From the sequence record DRR723986_1348: a DNA stretch of 64,000 nt. The stretch is one strand, 5' to 3'. The notes below the pieces were generated by a model. The model saw only the letters and a list, made by a program, of their open reading frames with translations. It ran no database searches and was not told the origin of the DNA. Positions 11,295 through 20,780 of this stretch are shown in pieces; position 1 is the first letter of the stretch; each line of letters begins with the position of its first letter. A program made the position numbers and the translations under genes.

Positions 11295-11308
11295 TTGATC
11301 TGAGTCAA
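11295..11308. promoter_or_regulatory. FNR/ANR box upstream of the Yip1 gene
   Basis: TTGAT-CTGA-GTCAA (9/10 consensus positions); TAAACT -10-like hexamer on the minus strand at 11268-11273. Confidence 0.8.
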
Positions 11309-11341
11309 GCCTGTGCCACTACGGCACAATGACAGCCACAA

Positions 11342-12079
11342 TTACGGCTGAAGGTTTGCGGCTGCCTTAAGGCCTTCGACATCGAGATCGCTAATTTCCT
11401 TATTGTCGATTCGAATTAAGTCTTGTTTTGCAAAACGGCTGAGAACGCGGCTTACGGTCTCGACGGTGAGCCCCAGAAAGCTGGCGATGTCCGCACGCGA
11501 CATCGGCAATCTAAAAGCGGATGCCGACAATTTACGGCGCGCCTGGCGAGCGGAGATGCTCACTAACAGCGATGCGACACGCTCGTCAGCCGTATTTTTG
11601 CTGAGCAAGGTAATGTGTCGCTGATCATCAACGATCTCGCTACTCAACAGCTTGAAAAAGTGTCGTTGAAGATTGGGCAACTGGCCGCTGAGGTCTTCGA
11701 TCTGCGAAAAAGGAATTTCACAAATCGCCGACACCTCTAATGAAACAGCGGAACTCGCGTAACGGTTTTGACCAATACCATCCAAGCCAACAACTTCACC
11801 CGGAAAATAAAAACCGGTGACCTGCTCCTCTCCAGCATCGGTAATGCTATACGTTTTTACAGCACCAGAGCGCACGGCAAATACAGACGTAAACGCATCA
11901 CCTTCTCGGAAAATATGACGGCTCTTTGGCAGGGGGCGACCGCGCTGCACAATATTGTCCAGCTTTACAATTTCATCGCTTTCCAAAGCCAGCGGCAAGC
12001 AGATGCCACTCAGTCGACAATTGTTACAGCTAACAGCAGGGTTGTGTGGGCAGGCTTTGGGGGCTTCCGCGCGTCGCAT
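11342..12079 (-). CDS. fnr: Oxygen-sensing regulator FNR/ANR
   Basis: N-terminal CNNCRLSGIC cluster plus central Cys (SAICEIP); HTH recognition helix ETVSR. Confidence 0.95.
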   Translation of the reverse strand: MRRAEAPKACPHNPAVSCNNCRLSGICLPLALESDEIVKLDNIVQRGRPLPKSRHIFREGDAFTSVFAVRSGAVKTYSITDAGEEQVTGFYFPGEVVGLDGIGQNRYASSAVSLEVSAICEIPFSQIEDLSGQLPNLQRHFFKLLSSEIVDDQRHITLLSKNTADERVASLLVSISARQARRKLSASAFRLPMSRADIASFLGLTVETVSRVLSRFAKQDLIRIDNKEISDLDVEGLKAAANLQP

Positions 12080-12217
12080 GTGGTCTCCTTACACATGTCG
12101 GGGGGTGATTACTGCCGCCATTGAACGCCTTATCTCCGGGTGGGTCAAGTCTACTTTCGGCGTAGTCGCGATAAAGTTACTACACAATAAAATAGCGCGC
12201 CAAAAGCCTGTAAACCG

Positions 12218-13609
12218 CTACAAGGTTTTGGAATACGCTCCGCGGTGCAGAGACAAACTTTCATCAAATAGCATGCAAACATTTCGCAAAACCGCCCGCC
12301 CAGCTTCCGTTATCTTTATCCCCTCACCACTGAGTAACAACACACCTGAATTGTGAAATTCTTCTAGCGAAGGCAGGACGTCAGCAAATTTTTCTCTAAA
12401 GCTGACCTGATAACGACCGTGCAACTCCTTAAAGTCCAGCTTTAAGTTACAGGCCAACTGCATAATAACGTAGCGACGAAGCATATCTTCTGCTGAAAGC
12501 TCTAACCCGCGAGTCACCGGCAATCGCCCGGCTTCAATCTCAGCGTAGTAGGCTTCGAGGTCCTTCTCATTCTGCGCATAGCAGCGACCCAAAGAGCTTA
12601 TCGCCGACACCCCCATTCCGAGTACATCGGGTGAATGGCAGGTCGAATAGCCCTGGAAATTTCGCTGCAGACGACCCTGCTGCTGATAAATGGCCAGCTC
12701 GTCATTGGGCTTAACAAAATGATCCATACCAATATGCAAATACCCCGCAGCTTGCAATCGCTGACTCGCCAGAGCAAAAATTTTCAGTTTCTCTTCGCTA
12801 TCCGGCATTGGGTATCTATCCATCGACTTTTGCCATTTAAAACGCTGTGGCATATGGGCGTAATGATAGATGGCAATTCTATCTGGCGACATGGCTATTA
12901 ATGCGTCCAGCGTCGCTTTAAAACTTTCCTCGGTCTGTAGTGGCAGGCCGTATATTAAATCTGCACTCACCGATCTAAATTTAAAACGCCGCGCCAATGA
13001 CACCAGCTCGCCGATCATATCTTCACTCTGTACGCGATTAATGGCCTGCTGCACATCGGGGTTTGTATCTTGCACACCAAAGCTGACACGGTTAAAACCC
13101 AAGCCTTTAAGCAAGGCCAAATAATCCTCATCGACGCAACGCGGATCCAACTCGATGGAAAACTCCCGGTCGTCACTGTCATCGAGATTGAAGTGACTGG
13201 CAAGTTGATGCACGAGCTCAGTCATTTCCGCCTTGTCCAGGTAGTTTGGTGTTCCACCCCCCAGGTGAAGCTGACTTACACGGCGGGACACACCCACATG
13301 CCGCGACAGGAGCTGTAGCTCTCTGTTTAAGTGGTCCAGATAACGACGACTTGCTCGCGGGTCTTTGGTAATAATTTTATTGCATGCACAGTAGTAGCAG
13401 AGGCTTCGACAAAACGGAATGTGCACATATAAGGACAGCGGCGATGGGCTATTTCTTGCATCGTCAAGAAAGCGCACATAATCGCGATCGGTAAACGCTT
13501 CGCTAAAGTTCAGTGCGGTAGGGTACGACGTGTAGCGCGGCCCCTGTACTGCATAGCGGCGCACCATATCAGTGGCGTTATCAAATTCTCTTGCGATCGC
13601 AGTCGGCAT
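12218..13609 (-). CDS. hemN: Oxygen-independent coproporphyrinogen III oxidase
   Basis: GPRYTSYP, radical-SAM motif CRSLCYYC, IGMDHF and RNFQGY. Confidence 0.95.
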   Translation of the reverse strand: MPTAIAREFDNATDMVRRYAVQGPRYTSYPTALNFSEAFTDRDYVRFLDDARNSPSPLSLYVHIPFCRSLCYYCACNKIITKDPRASRRYLDHLNRELQLLSRHVGVSRRVSQLHLGGGTPNYLDKAEMTELVHQLASHFNLDDSDDREFSIELDPRCVDEDYLALLKGLGFNRVSFGVQDTNPDVQQAINRVQSEDMIGELVSLARRFKFRSVSADLIYGLPLQTEESFKATLDALIAMSPDRIAIYHYAHMPQRFKWQKSMDRYPMPDSEEKLKIFALASQRLQAAGYLHIGMDHFVKPNDELAIYQQQGRLQRNFQGYSTCHSPDVLGMGVSAISSLGRCYAQNEKDLEAYYAEIEAGRLPVTRGLELSAEDMLRRYVIMQLACNLKLDFKELHGRYQVSFREKFADVLPSLEEFHNSGVLLLSGEGIKITEAGRAVLRNVCMLFDESLSLHRGAYSKTL

Positions 13610-13626
13610 GTATATTCCCTTCAATA

Positions 13627-14190
13627 CTACTGTTTGAATGCACCAGAGTAAGACGCGTGCTCAGGCTTAAATGTCGATAGATAATCATCTCGCTCGTGCT
13701 GACCAACCGGCCCGATGACGGCATCTATCTCGCGTTCAATCGCCTGCCAATCAGCGTCGCCAAACAACTCTCCGGCCATCTGAAAGATGCCTCGCTCTTC
13801 ATGAATGTGCGATATCTGACGACTGTGATAATGCTTACTTAAGCGAATAATTGCCGGCCGCACGGGCTTTTCACTCAGCCGTAATTCAGAAAATATCAAC
13901 GACAGCTGATCACTCAGGGCCTCCAGCATGCCGTGGTCTCGCAACACATTTTCCACGGCGTAGTGATTCACTCCGGGCTTGGTGAGTAGCTGCCTGAAAA
14001 TGATATCTTCAACAGGGTGGTGCCATACTTCGGGGTAGATCTGGATGTAATCCAGGCAACGCATCATTGCGTCGACATCAGCCGGCGCATCATGTAAACC
14101 AAAGTAGCTCTCAATCTGATGATTGAGGTCATACAGCATTCGCTGCATGCGCTGATGATCTGTTTCCAACTGCAAAAAAATGGGATGCAT
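13627..14190 (-). CDS. Hemerythrin/HHE domain protein
   Basis: Helical protein with DH, HHPVED, DH and HIHEE ligand pattern; GGAG SD before ATG 14190 (alternative start 14202). Confidence 0.75.
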   Translation of the reverse strand: MHPIFLQLETDHQRMQRMLYDLNHQIESYFGLHDAPADVDAMMRCLDYIQIYPEVWHHPVEDIIFRQLLTKPGVNHYAVENVLRDHGMLEALSDQLSLIFSELRLSEKPVRPAIIRLSKHYHSRQISHIHEERGIFQMAGELFGDADWQAIEREIDAVIGPVGQHERDDYLSTFKPEHASYSGAFKQ

Positions 14191-14247
14191 GGCCCGCTCC
14201 ATATTATTCTAGCCAAGGCATCATAATATGCGGCAACACCATTCCCA

Positions 14248-14261
14248 TTGACCTGAATCAA
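14248..14261. promoter_or_regulatory. FNR/ANR box upstream of hemerythrin-hemN
   Basis: TTGAC-CTGA-ATCAA (9/10 consensus positions). Confidence 0.82.
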
Positions 14262-14312
14262 CAGCAATGAGGGAGATCAGCTTATCGGCGCGACAAGCTC
14301 ACAGAAAAGCGG

Positions 14313-14338
14313 AAAAAAGCCGGGCGGTGATACCCGGC
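14313..14338 (-). terminator. Intrinsic terminator after the ADC-like gene
   Basis: GCCGGG/CCCGGC stem followed by a T6 run on the minus strand. Confidence 0.7.
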
Positions 14339-14348
14339 GAGGGTGATT

Positions 14349-15119
14349 CTAGGACTGTTTGGGGCCACCGTTTTCACCGGGCCAGCGAGAGCCACCGATG
14401 GTGTCGGCAAAGGGCATAAAGCCCTCGGGGTCCAGCGGGCCTTCGAGCGTGATGCGGCGGTCGAGGAAAATCGGCGTCCACAGCCATGCCTCTGCTTCCG
14501 TGCGCATAGGCAGTTTGCTGGCCAGAGGGTCCCAAGGGCTGTCATTTAGCGTGACCTGGCCCTGCAATTTCTCGATATGCGCCGTGCCGTATTTTGCGTA
14601 AACACGCACAACGTGCGGTGGGAAGTCCCAGCTGGGGTTTTCCATATCCACACCGCGCAGGTGCTTTATCCACCACTCATTCGTTTCGTGCTCCGGGGGA
14701 ATCTCGCCCTCACCGGTCACCTGCCCCTTAAACTCCAGGAAGGTATATCCGCGGTGGCTCACCTTTGCTGATACATAGTCCATCAAGCGGAAGTACTGGG
14801 TCTCTCCGTAATACTTCGGCTGCCCCCAGCGCTCGTGACTACCGTAAATTGCCGCTTCCTGATCGATAGCAATACCCAGGGTGTACTCGCCTTCAATGCC
14901 ATTGTAGTTAGCGTCAACATTCACCACGCAACCATACTCGGGCTCATTTAATACCGGGAAGTTATAAATGGTAATGGTCACGCCCGGTTCTTTACCTGGC
15001 TCAATACCGGGCGGTAAAAGTTTCGCTATCGCCTCAGCATCCGTTTTATAGCGAATTTTTAGCATCGGCCAGTTGAGAATATCGCCGGGCTTACCCATAG
15101 GGGCGTTGGAGTCAGTCAT
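14349..15119 (-). CDS. Acetoacetate decarboxylase-like (ADC superfamily) protein
   Basis: AIAKLLPPG motif and ERWGQPK carrying the Schiff-base Lys position. Confidence 0.8.
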   Translation of the reverse strand: MTDSNAPMGKPGDILNWPMLKIRYKTDAEAIAKLLPPGIEPGKEPGVTITIYNFPVLNEPEYGCVVNVDANYNGIEGEYTLGIAIDQEAAIYGSHERWGQPKYYGETQYFRLMDYVSAKVSHRGYTFLEFKGQVTGEGEIPPEHETNEWWIKHLRGVDMENPSWDFPPHVVRVYAKYGTAHIEKLQGQVTLNDSPWDPLASKLPMRTEAEAWLWTPIFLDRRITLEGPLDPEGFMPFADTIGGSRWPGENGGPKQS

Positions 15120-15169
15120 GGTAGTTATTCCTCGTTATTATGGTTTTGGGACGGGTTAAGCACCGCGAT

Positions 15170-16144
15170 CTACGCCGCGTAAAATTGCTCAAACCACTTA
15201 CGGTATTTTGCGATCGGGCCGTCGCCATCACACAGCGTGGGGTGCTCCAGATACACTTTGTTTTCCCAGATAGGGATATCCTGACCGACTTGGCGAACGA
15301 TCTCGTCGCGGAAGGCATTGGCGTATAGGGTGTGCTCACCACTCTGCTGTTTAGGCATAGAGAAGTTAAAACGCATGTGAATGTTCTGGTCGTCGATAGG
15401 TGTGATGGTGCCCATCATGACAATATCGAACATGCGAGAGAATTTTTGGTAGGTTTGTCCCGGACCAAATGAATAGGTTTCCAGACGCCCCTGGTCATAG
15501 TTCTCGCCACTCAGGTCTACATTACCCTCTTCATCGATGGCGTGCTGTAGGCTGTCCATCAGCGTGCTGCGTTTGTAACCGTCGATGGTGACGTGACCAT
15601 CCGGCATTTCCGGAGACTCATGAACGGTCACAAAATGCGCGATGTCCACGGCATTTTCACCGGTCTCCTGAATGATCGAGTTAATCTGCCAGTCGAAGAC
15701 ATCCATCTCCGTCCACTCGTCGGAGTGCAGCTCGGCGTGGCGCTCAACTTCCCACAGCGGCGCCACCCCTTGGGGGTGATACCAGGCCCAAATCATTTGA
15801 TTCAGCTCCACCACAGGGTAGTTGCCAATTGCCTGCTTGCCGTCGACTTTAGGCGGCATATTTTTCGCGTAGGGCACCTTGGTACAAAAGCCCTCGCCAT
15901 TAAATTCCCAGGCGTGGAAGGGACAAGCGATGCTCTCCCCCTTTACCTGACCACCGTGCCCCAGGTGGGCACCCAAGTGCGGGCAGTGGGCGTCTAGCAA
16001 TACTGCCTCACCCGATTCCGTGCGAAACAGCACGAGGTCCCGGCCGAAATACTTCAGCGGCTTCACATCCTTAGGGGCGAGCTCTTTGCTGTACTCAATG
16101 GCAAACCAGCCGCATGGGATGGGCTTCTTATATCTATTATTCAT
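15170..16144 (-). CDS. Rieske non-haem iron oxygenase (KshA/Neverland-like)
   Basis: CPHLG...CPFHAW Rieske motif; ENAVDIAHFVTVH mononuclear Fe motif; QDIPIWENK; ATG 16144 with GGAGG SD. Confidence 0.88.
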   Translation of the reverse strand: MNNRYKKPIPCGWFAIEYSKELAPKDVKPLKYFGRDLVLFRTESGEAVLLDAHCPHLGAHLGHGGQVKGESIACPFHAWEFNGEGFCTKVPYAKNMPPKVDGKQAIGNYPVVELNQMIWAWYHPQGVAPLWEVERHAELHSDEWTEMDVFDWQINSIIQETGENAVDIAHFVTVHESPEMPDGHVTIDGYKRSTLMDSLQHAIDEEGNVDLSGENYDQGRLETYSFGPGQTYQKFSRMFDIVMMGTITPIDDQNIHMRFNFSMPKQQSGEHTLYANAFRDEIVRQVGQDIPIWENKVYLEHPTLCDGDGPIAKYRKWFEQFYAA

Positions 16145-16260
16145 TCTCCCTCCTGACCCTTCTCTCAAAAAGGTAACCGTGATGTAAAAAAAGTATACGG
16201 TTTCCCTATTTCGGTCAAGCGAGAGCAGCGGAGAAATGATTACTGATTGGTAAGGCGGGA

Positions 16261-16298
16261 AAAGAAAAGTGCTGACATCGGTCTACCGATGCCAGCAC
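16261..16298 (-). terminator. Intrinsic terminator after the TetR gene
   Basis: 13-bp stem GTGCTGGCATCGG/CCGATGTCAGCAC followed by TTTTCTTT on the minus strand. Confidence 0.8.
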
Positions 16299-16308
16299 AG
16301 CGGCGCTT

Positions 16309-16968
16309 TCAGGCAAGCATGCTGCTTTTTATAAAGGCGAGTAATTGACGATAACGGGTTTCTGAATCGTAACTTTCATCGTGCACCCAGTTCAGCGTGA
16401 TGGCATTGAACATGCCCACGGTCATTTCCGCACAGAAAGCCGGACTCAGCTCCGGCTTTAAGGCCTGGCGATTGTGCTCATACAAACGCAGGAAGCTGCT
16501 GTTAATAAAGGCCAGCTGCCCCGCGCCCTGGCTAATATTCGCCGACATTGCGCCGACTGAATAGGCGATCAGCTCGCGCTCGATACCGCCCGCCAACTGC
16601 TCGCGATTAATAAACACCTCAATGATGTGACCGAGCTGTTGCTCAAAAGATTTACCGCTGGCCAGCACATCGTCAATCAATTGATCGGTGCGTTGCAGCA
16701 ACTCCTCCTGACACAGCTCCACCATTAAGTCGTGTTTGGTCGCGTAGTAGTTGTAAAAGGTTTTCTTGGCGATATCCACGCAATCACAGATCGCATCGAT
16801 GGTCAGCCCGTCTACCCCATGGCGGCCGATCAAGCGCAATGTCTCTTTACGAATGGTCTCGCGCACGGCCTTTTTTTTGCGCTCTCGCCGACCAAGCTGA
16901 CTCGCTGGCACCGATGATTCTCCCATCTCTGTCAAAGCGTCGAATGGTAGCGTAAGCCGGTCCGTCAA
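16309..16968 (-). CDS. TetR/AcrR family regulator
   Basis: RRERKK, then HTH TIDAICDCVDIAKKTFYNYYATKHDL; start uncertain (TTG 16968 or ATG 16926). Confidence 0.9.
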   Translation of the reverse strand: MTDRLTLPFDALTEMGESSVPASQLGRRERKKKAVRETIRKETLRLIGRHGVDGLTIDAICDCVDIAKKTFYNYYATKHDLMVELCQEELLQRTDQLIDDVLASGKSFEQQLGHIIEVFINREQLAGGIERELIAYSVGAMSANISQGAGQLAFINSSFLRLYEHNRQALKPELSPAFCAEMTVGMFNAITLNWVHDESYDSETRYRQLLAFIKSSMLA

Positions 16969-16979
16969 GCGAATGCCTC

Positions 16980-17858
16980 CTACAGTACGTTTGGCGGCGT
17001 TGGCGTTACGCCATTGAGAATGCCCTGGGTGCGCTCAATAAAGGCGGCCCGGGACTTCTCCGACATTGGGGTAATCCAAAACATCTCTTCGCGCAGCCCG
17101 TTGAGCGCAAACGCAGCAACTTCTTCCGGCTCGGTGGTTTTCAACTCCATATCGTATTGCGCCATGATCGCCTTCATATCATCGACCGAGTGAATACCTG
17201 AATCGGGCTTATTCGGGTCGACGGGCAAATCCTCAGGACGATTGCGCTCAGAATTAAAGATGCCGGTATTCACCACATGTGGGCCGGGAAACAGGGCATT
17301 GACCTTCACCGGCGATTGCTGGGCCTGCAACTGAAAATGCAGGTTTTCCGTAATCGCCTGCGCCGCTGCCTTGGTCGCGGTGTAGATCGGCGTATCCGGT
17401 AACATTAAGAACGCGCCATTCCCCGAGCCAGTCACCACAAAGTGTGCCTCTTCACCCTGCTCCACCAAGCGGGGAACAAAGGCGTTAATGGTGTTAATCA
17501 AGCCCCAGGTATTTACCCGGAAGCCCCACTCCCAATCATTGGCGCTGTACTCCCACATATTGCCGCCTTCGCCCGTCCCCACACCGGCGTTGGCAAAAAC
17601 GAGGTGCACCCCGGAAAAGTGGGCAAACGCCGCCTCAGCGAGGGCAGCCATCGACTCTGGCTGCGTAACATCGGCGCGTTGCGCCAAACACTGGGCTCCG
17701 CGCTCCTCCAATTCCGCTTTGCAGCGCTGCAAAGCATTTTCTTCGATGTCGGCAATCACCAACTTGGCTCCCTCATCGGCAAGCGCGAGCGCCAATGCGC
17801 GCCCCACACCACTGGCCCCGCCGGTGATTACCGCTACCTTGTCTGTAAAGTTTTGCAT
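16980..17858 (-). CDS. Short-chain dehydrogenase/reductase
   Basis: TGGASGVG, ANAG and YTATK motifs; AAGGAG SD. Confidence 0.9.
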   Translation of the reverse strand: MQNFTDKVAVITGGASGVGRALALALADEGAKLVIADIEENALQRCKAELEERGAQCLAQRADVTQPESMAALAEAAFAHFSGVHLVFANAGVGTGEGGNMWEYSANDWEWGFRVNTWGLINTINAFVPRLVEQGEEAHFVVTGSGNGAFLMLPDTPIYTATKAAAQAITENLHFQLQAQQSPVKVNALFPGPHVVNTGIFNSERNRPEDLPVDPNKPDSGIHSVDDMKAIMAQYDMELKTTEPEEVAAFALNGLREEMFWITPMSEKSRAAFIERTQGILNGVTPTPPNVL

Positions 17859-17920
17859 TACCACTCCTTATTGTTATCGCCGCAACGCGCGGTAAATTAA
17901 AAATAATGTCACTTGAGAAT

Positions 17921-17944
17921 AAAAATACACGGTAGTATATTTTT
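17921..17944. promoter_or_regulatory. Putative TetR operator between the divergent SDR and P450 genes
   Basis: AAAAATACAC-GGTA-GTATATTTTT, an inverted repeat with 9/10 matching positions. Confidence 0.55.
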
Positions 17945-18012
17945 TCGCAAACACCGATATTTTTGCGAGCCGTTGCGGCGGTGCAAAACAATAAAGATAA
18001 GGAGTGTACGCA

Positions 18013-19260
18013 ATGCAAACCACTGAACAGCGCGAGCTGCCCCCGATCGAATCTGTCTTCAATCCCAATTCCATGGAATATGCCTTGGACCCCGGCCCGC
18101 AGTGCAAGGCACTTTCCGAGCGCGGTCGCTTGGTGTGGTATGCCCCCTGGATGTGCTGGATTATGACCCGCATGCCCGACATTATGGATTGCTGGAAGAA
18201 TGAGTACCTGAGCTCAGACTTTTACGACTGGGAGTTTGCGCCGCCACGGCCACTGGAAGAAAACTGGAATAACTTCGAGCGCGCCCTGGTGGGCCACAGC
18301 CTGCTGGCTGACCCGGACCACCACCGCCTTATTCGCAAAATCACCTCCCCGGCGTTTTCTCGCAATGTTGTTGATAACATCAACCGACGCATCGAGCCCG
18401 ATATCGTCCGCCTTTTCGAGGGCTTAAAAGACGCCGATGAATTCGACTACATTGAAGATGTCGCGCGGCACATCCCCTTCATCTCCATCACTCGCATGGT
18501 GGGTATTCCAGAAAAATACTGGCCCCAGATCAAGCAAACGGTGCTGACCTTTACCGAAACCTGGAACCCGACTATTTCCGACGAGCGCCGGGAAAAAGCC
18601 CAGCAAGACAGCAACCTGGCCATCGATATCTTGCTGGAAGTCATCGCCGAGCGCCGCCTGTCACCCGTAGGCGAAGAGGACTTCCTCAGCGCGCTGCTGC
18701 AAGTGGAAGCGGAAAACGACGACTTCGACGAGTGGGATATCGTTACCCTGATCCTGGCATTGATCGGTGCCGGCGCCGACACTACGTTGATGGCACAGCA
18801 GTGGTCGGCCTATGCCTTTTTGAAGAACCCAGATCAGATCCCCCTGGCATTGGAGTCTACCGCCACCTTCTCTAACGCCTTTAGCGAAATTATGCGCTGG
18901 GCAGGCAACTCGAAAATGGGCTTTGCCCGCTACGTTCCGGAAGACCGTGAACTGCTTGGACAACAGGTGAAGAAAGGGCAAATGGTGCTAATGATGCCCC
19001 ACCTAAAAGATCACGACCCCGATTTTTTCGACGACCCCTATCGCCTGGATGTACGCCGCGAGTTCAATCCAGACGTACTCTTTGGTTATGGCCCTCGCTA
19101 TTGCATCGGTGCCGCGCTGGCAAAACATCAGTTGTACTTGAGTATGCGCGAGTTTTTCCGCCAGTTCCCCAACGCTACATTAGCAGAGGAGCCCGAGCGC
19201 GACCTGGAGGACCACAACTCCATTAGCTTTAAATCCCTGCGGGTAAAAACCAACCGCTAA
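18013..19260 (+). CDS. Cytochrome P450
   Basis: I-helix AGADTT, ExxR (EIMR), haem motif FGYGPRYCIG. Confidence 0.95.
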   Translation: MQTTEQRELPPIESVFNPNSMEYALDPGPQCKALSERGRLVWYAPWMCWIMTRMPDIMDCWKNEYLSSDFYDWEFAPPRPLEENWNNFERALVGHSLLADPDHHRLIRKITSPAFSRNVVDNINRRIEPDIVRLFEGLKDADEFDYIEDVARHIPFISITRMVGIPEKYWPQIKQTVLTFTETWNPTISDERREKAQQDSNLAIDILLEVIAERRLSPVGEEDFLSALLQVEAENDDFDEWDIVTLILALIGAGADTTLMAQQWSAYAFLKNPDQIPLALESTATFSNAFSEIMRWAGNSKMGFARYVPEDRELLGQQVKKGQMVLMMPHLKDHDPDFFDDPYRLDVRREFNPDVLFGYGPRYCIGAALAKHQLYLSMREFFRQFPNATLAEEPERDLEDHNSISFKSLRVKTNR

Positions 19261-19265
19261 GCCTC

Positions 19266-19294
19266 TGCGGTGGTGCCAAAGTGGCGCCACCGCA
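19266..19294 (+). terminator. Hairpin after the P450 stop
   Basis: TGCGGTGGTGCCA-AAG-TGGCGCCACCGCA stem; no U-tract, so it may be a stability element instead. Confidence 0.45.
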
Positions 19295-19355
19295 ACGCGC
19301 CCGCTATTCTGGCCACTACAAACAAAAAAATAGCAACGTGTGGTAGCCAACGCCA

Positions 19356-20780
19356 ATGACCCCAGTCCGCTCTAATCATGTCGGCATAGCCCTCCTCCCG
19401 CTATGCTTGGTTCTCGGCCTGCTTGGTCTCAATGTCTATCTCTATGGCGATGCCGGTATAGAAGGCCCCAACCAGCTGGCACTGCTGCTAGGGGGCGGCG
19501 TCGCGGCCGTTATCGGCCTGCAACGCGGCCGCTCCTGGCAAACCCTGCAAGATGGCATGTTGAAAGTGATCGGCGTTGCGATCATCCCCATCTTAATGTT
19601 GTTTATGATTGGCGCGCTGTCCAGCACCTGGACGGTCGCCGGTATCGTACCGACGCTTATCTACTATGGATTGCAGCTGGCCGACCCCAGCTGGTTTTAT
19701 GCTGCCGCGGCAATTGTCTGCGCCATTGTGTCAACGGCCATTGGCAGTTCCTGGACCACGGCGGCCACCATCGGCATTGCCATGATGGCAACCGGGGTGG
19801 GACTCGGTATGAGTGAAGCCATCACCGCTGGCGCCGTCATCTCTGGCGCCTACTTTGGCGACAAGCTCTCTCCCCTTTCCGATACCACCAACCTGGCCGC
19901 AGGTGTGTGCAATGTCGAGTTGTTCAGTCACGTGCGCTACCTCGCCCTCACCACACTGCCCTCGTTTGCCATTGCCCTGCTTATTTTTGTTGGGCTGGGT
20001 ATACACCACAGCAGTGGAAGGGAGGTCGCCGAGACGCAAGCGATTATGAATGCCTTGAGCACCAGCATGACCCTGTCGGGCTGGCTATTGCTTGCGCCGC
20101 TGCTCGTCGTTGTCATGATCGTAAAACGCGTTCCGGCGCTGCCCGTGATGTTTATTGCAACGCTCATCGGCACGGTGATCTCCGCCTATGTGCAGCCGGA
20201 ATTGGTCTATCAAATTGGTGGCGAGCGTTCGGCAAGCGGGCTGTACAAGGGGCTGGTGCAAACCATTGTAGGAAGTAGCGAGATCATCACCGGTCACAGC
20301 TTTAGCGATACCTTGCTGGCCAGCAGCGGCATGGCAGGCATGCTCAATACAATATGGCTTATTTTAAGCGCCGTGGTTTTCGGTGGCATGATGGAAGCCT
20401 CAGGCTTGCTCGGCGACATTACAAGCGGACTAAAAAGACTGGCGCGCAGCCGAACGTCGCTCGTGGCAACCACGGCTGGCAGCTGTGGGGTGCTCAATCT
20501 CACGGCGGCCGAACAGTATTTGACCATTCTTATTGGCGGGCGAATGTATGGCGACATGTACGCCCAGCAGGGGCTGAGTCAGCGCAACCTCAGCCGCACG
20601 CTGGAAGACGCCGGAACCGCCACCTCAGTACTGGTTCCCTGGAACACCTGCGGCGCATTTCATGCCACCGCCCTCGGCGTTGCAACGCTCAGCTACCTGC
20701 CCTTTTGCTTTTTTAATTTGATCAGCCCCTTTATGTCGATGCTGTATATGCGCTTCAACATTGCCATAGAAGAGACTTAG
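19356..20780 (+). CDS. nhaC: NhaC-family Na+/H+ antiporter or solute transporter
   Basis: GSSWTT, SGAYFGDKLSPLSDTTN and LSRTLEDAGT...PWNTCG motifs. Confidence 0.88.
   Translation: MTPVRSNHVGIALLPLCLVLGLLGLNVYLYGDAGIEGPNQLALLLGGGVAAVIGLQRGRSWQTLQDGMLKVIGVAIIPILMLFMIGALSSTWTVAGIVPTLIYYGLQLADPSWFYAAAAIVCAIVSTAIGSSWTTAATIGIAMMATGVGLGMSEAITAGAVISGAYFGDKLSPLSDTTNLAAGVCNVELFSHVRYLALTTLPSFAIALLIFVGLGIHHSSGREVAETQAIMNALSTSMTLSGWLLLAPLLVVVMIVKRVPALPVMFIATLIGTVISAYVQPELVYQIGGERSASGLYKGLVQTIVGSSEIITGHSFSDTLLASSGMAGMLNTIWLILSAVVFGGMMEASGLLGDITSGLKRLARSRTSLVATTAGSCGVLNLTAAEQYLTILIGGRMYGDMYAQQGLSQRNLSRTLEDAGTATSVLVPWNTCGAFHATALGVATLSYLPFCFFNLISPFMSMLYMRFNIAIEET

Noticed and set aside
12080-12217. FNR autoregulatory box upstream of fnr
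   Set aside because: Only isolated half-sites (TTGAA, GTCAA) without the 4-bp spacing
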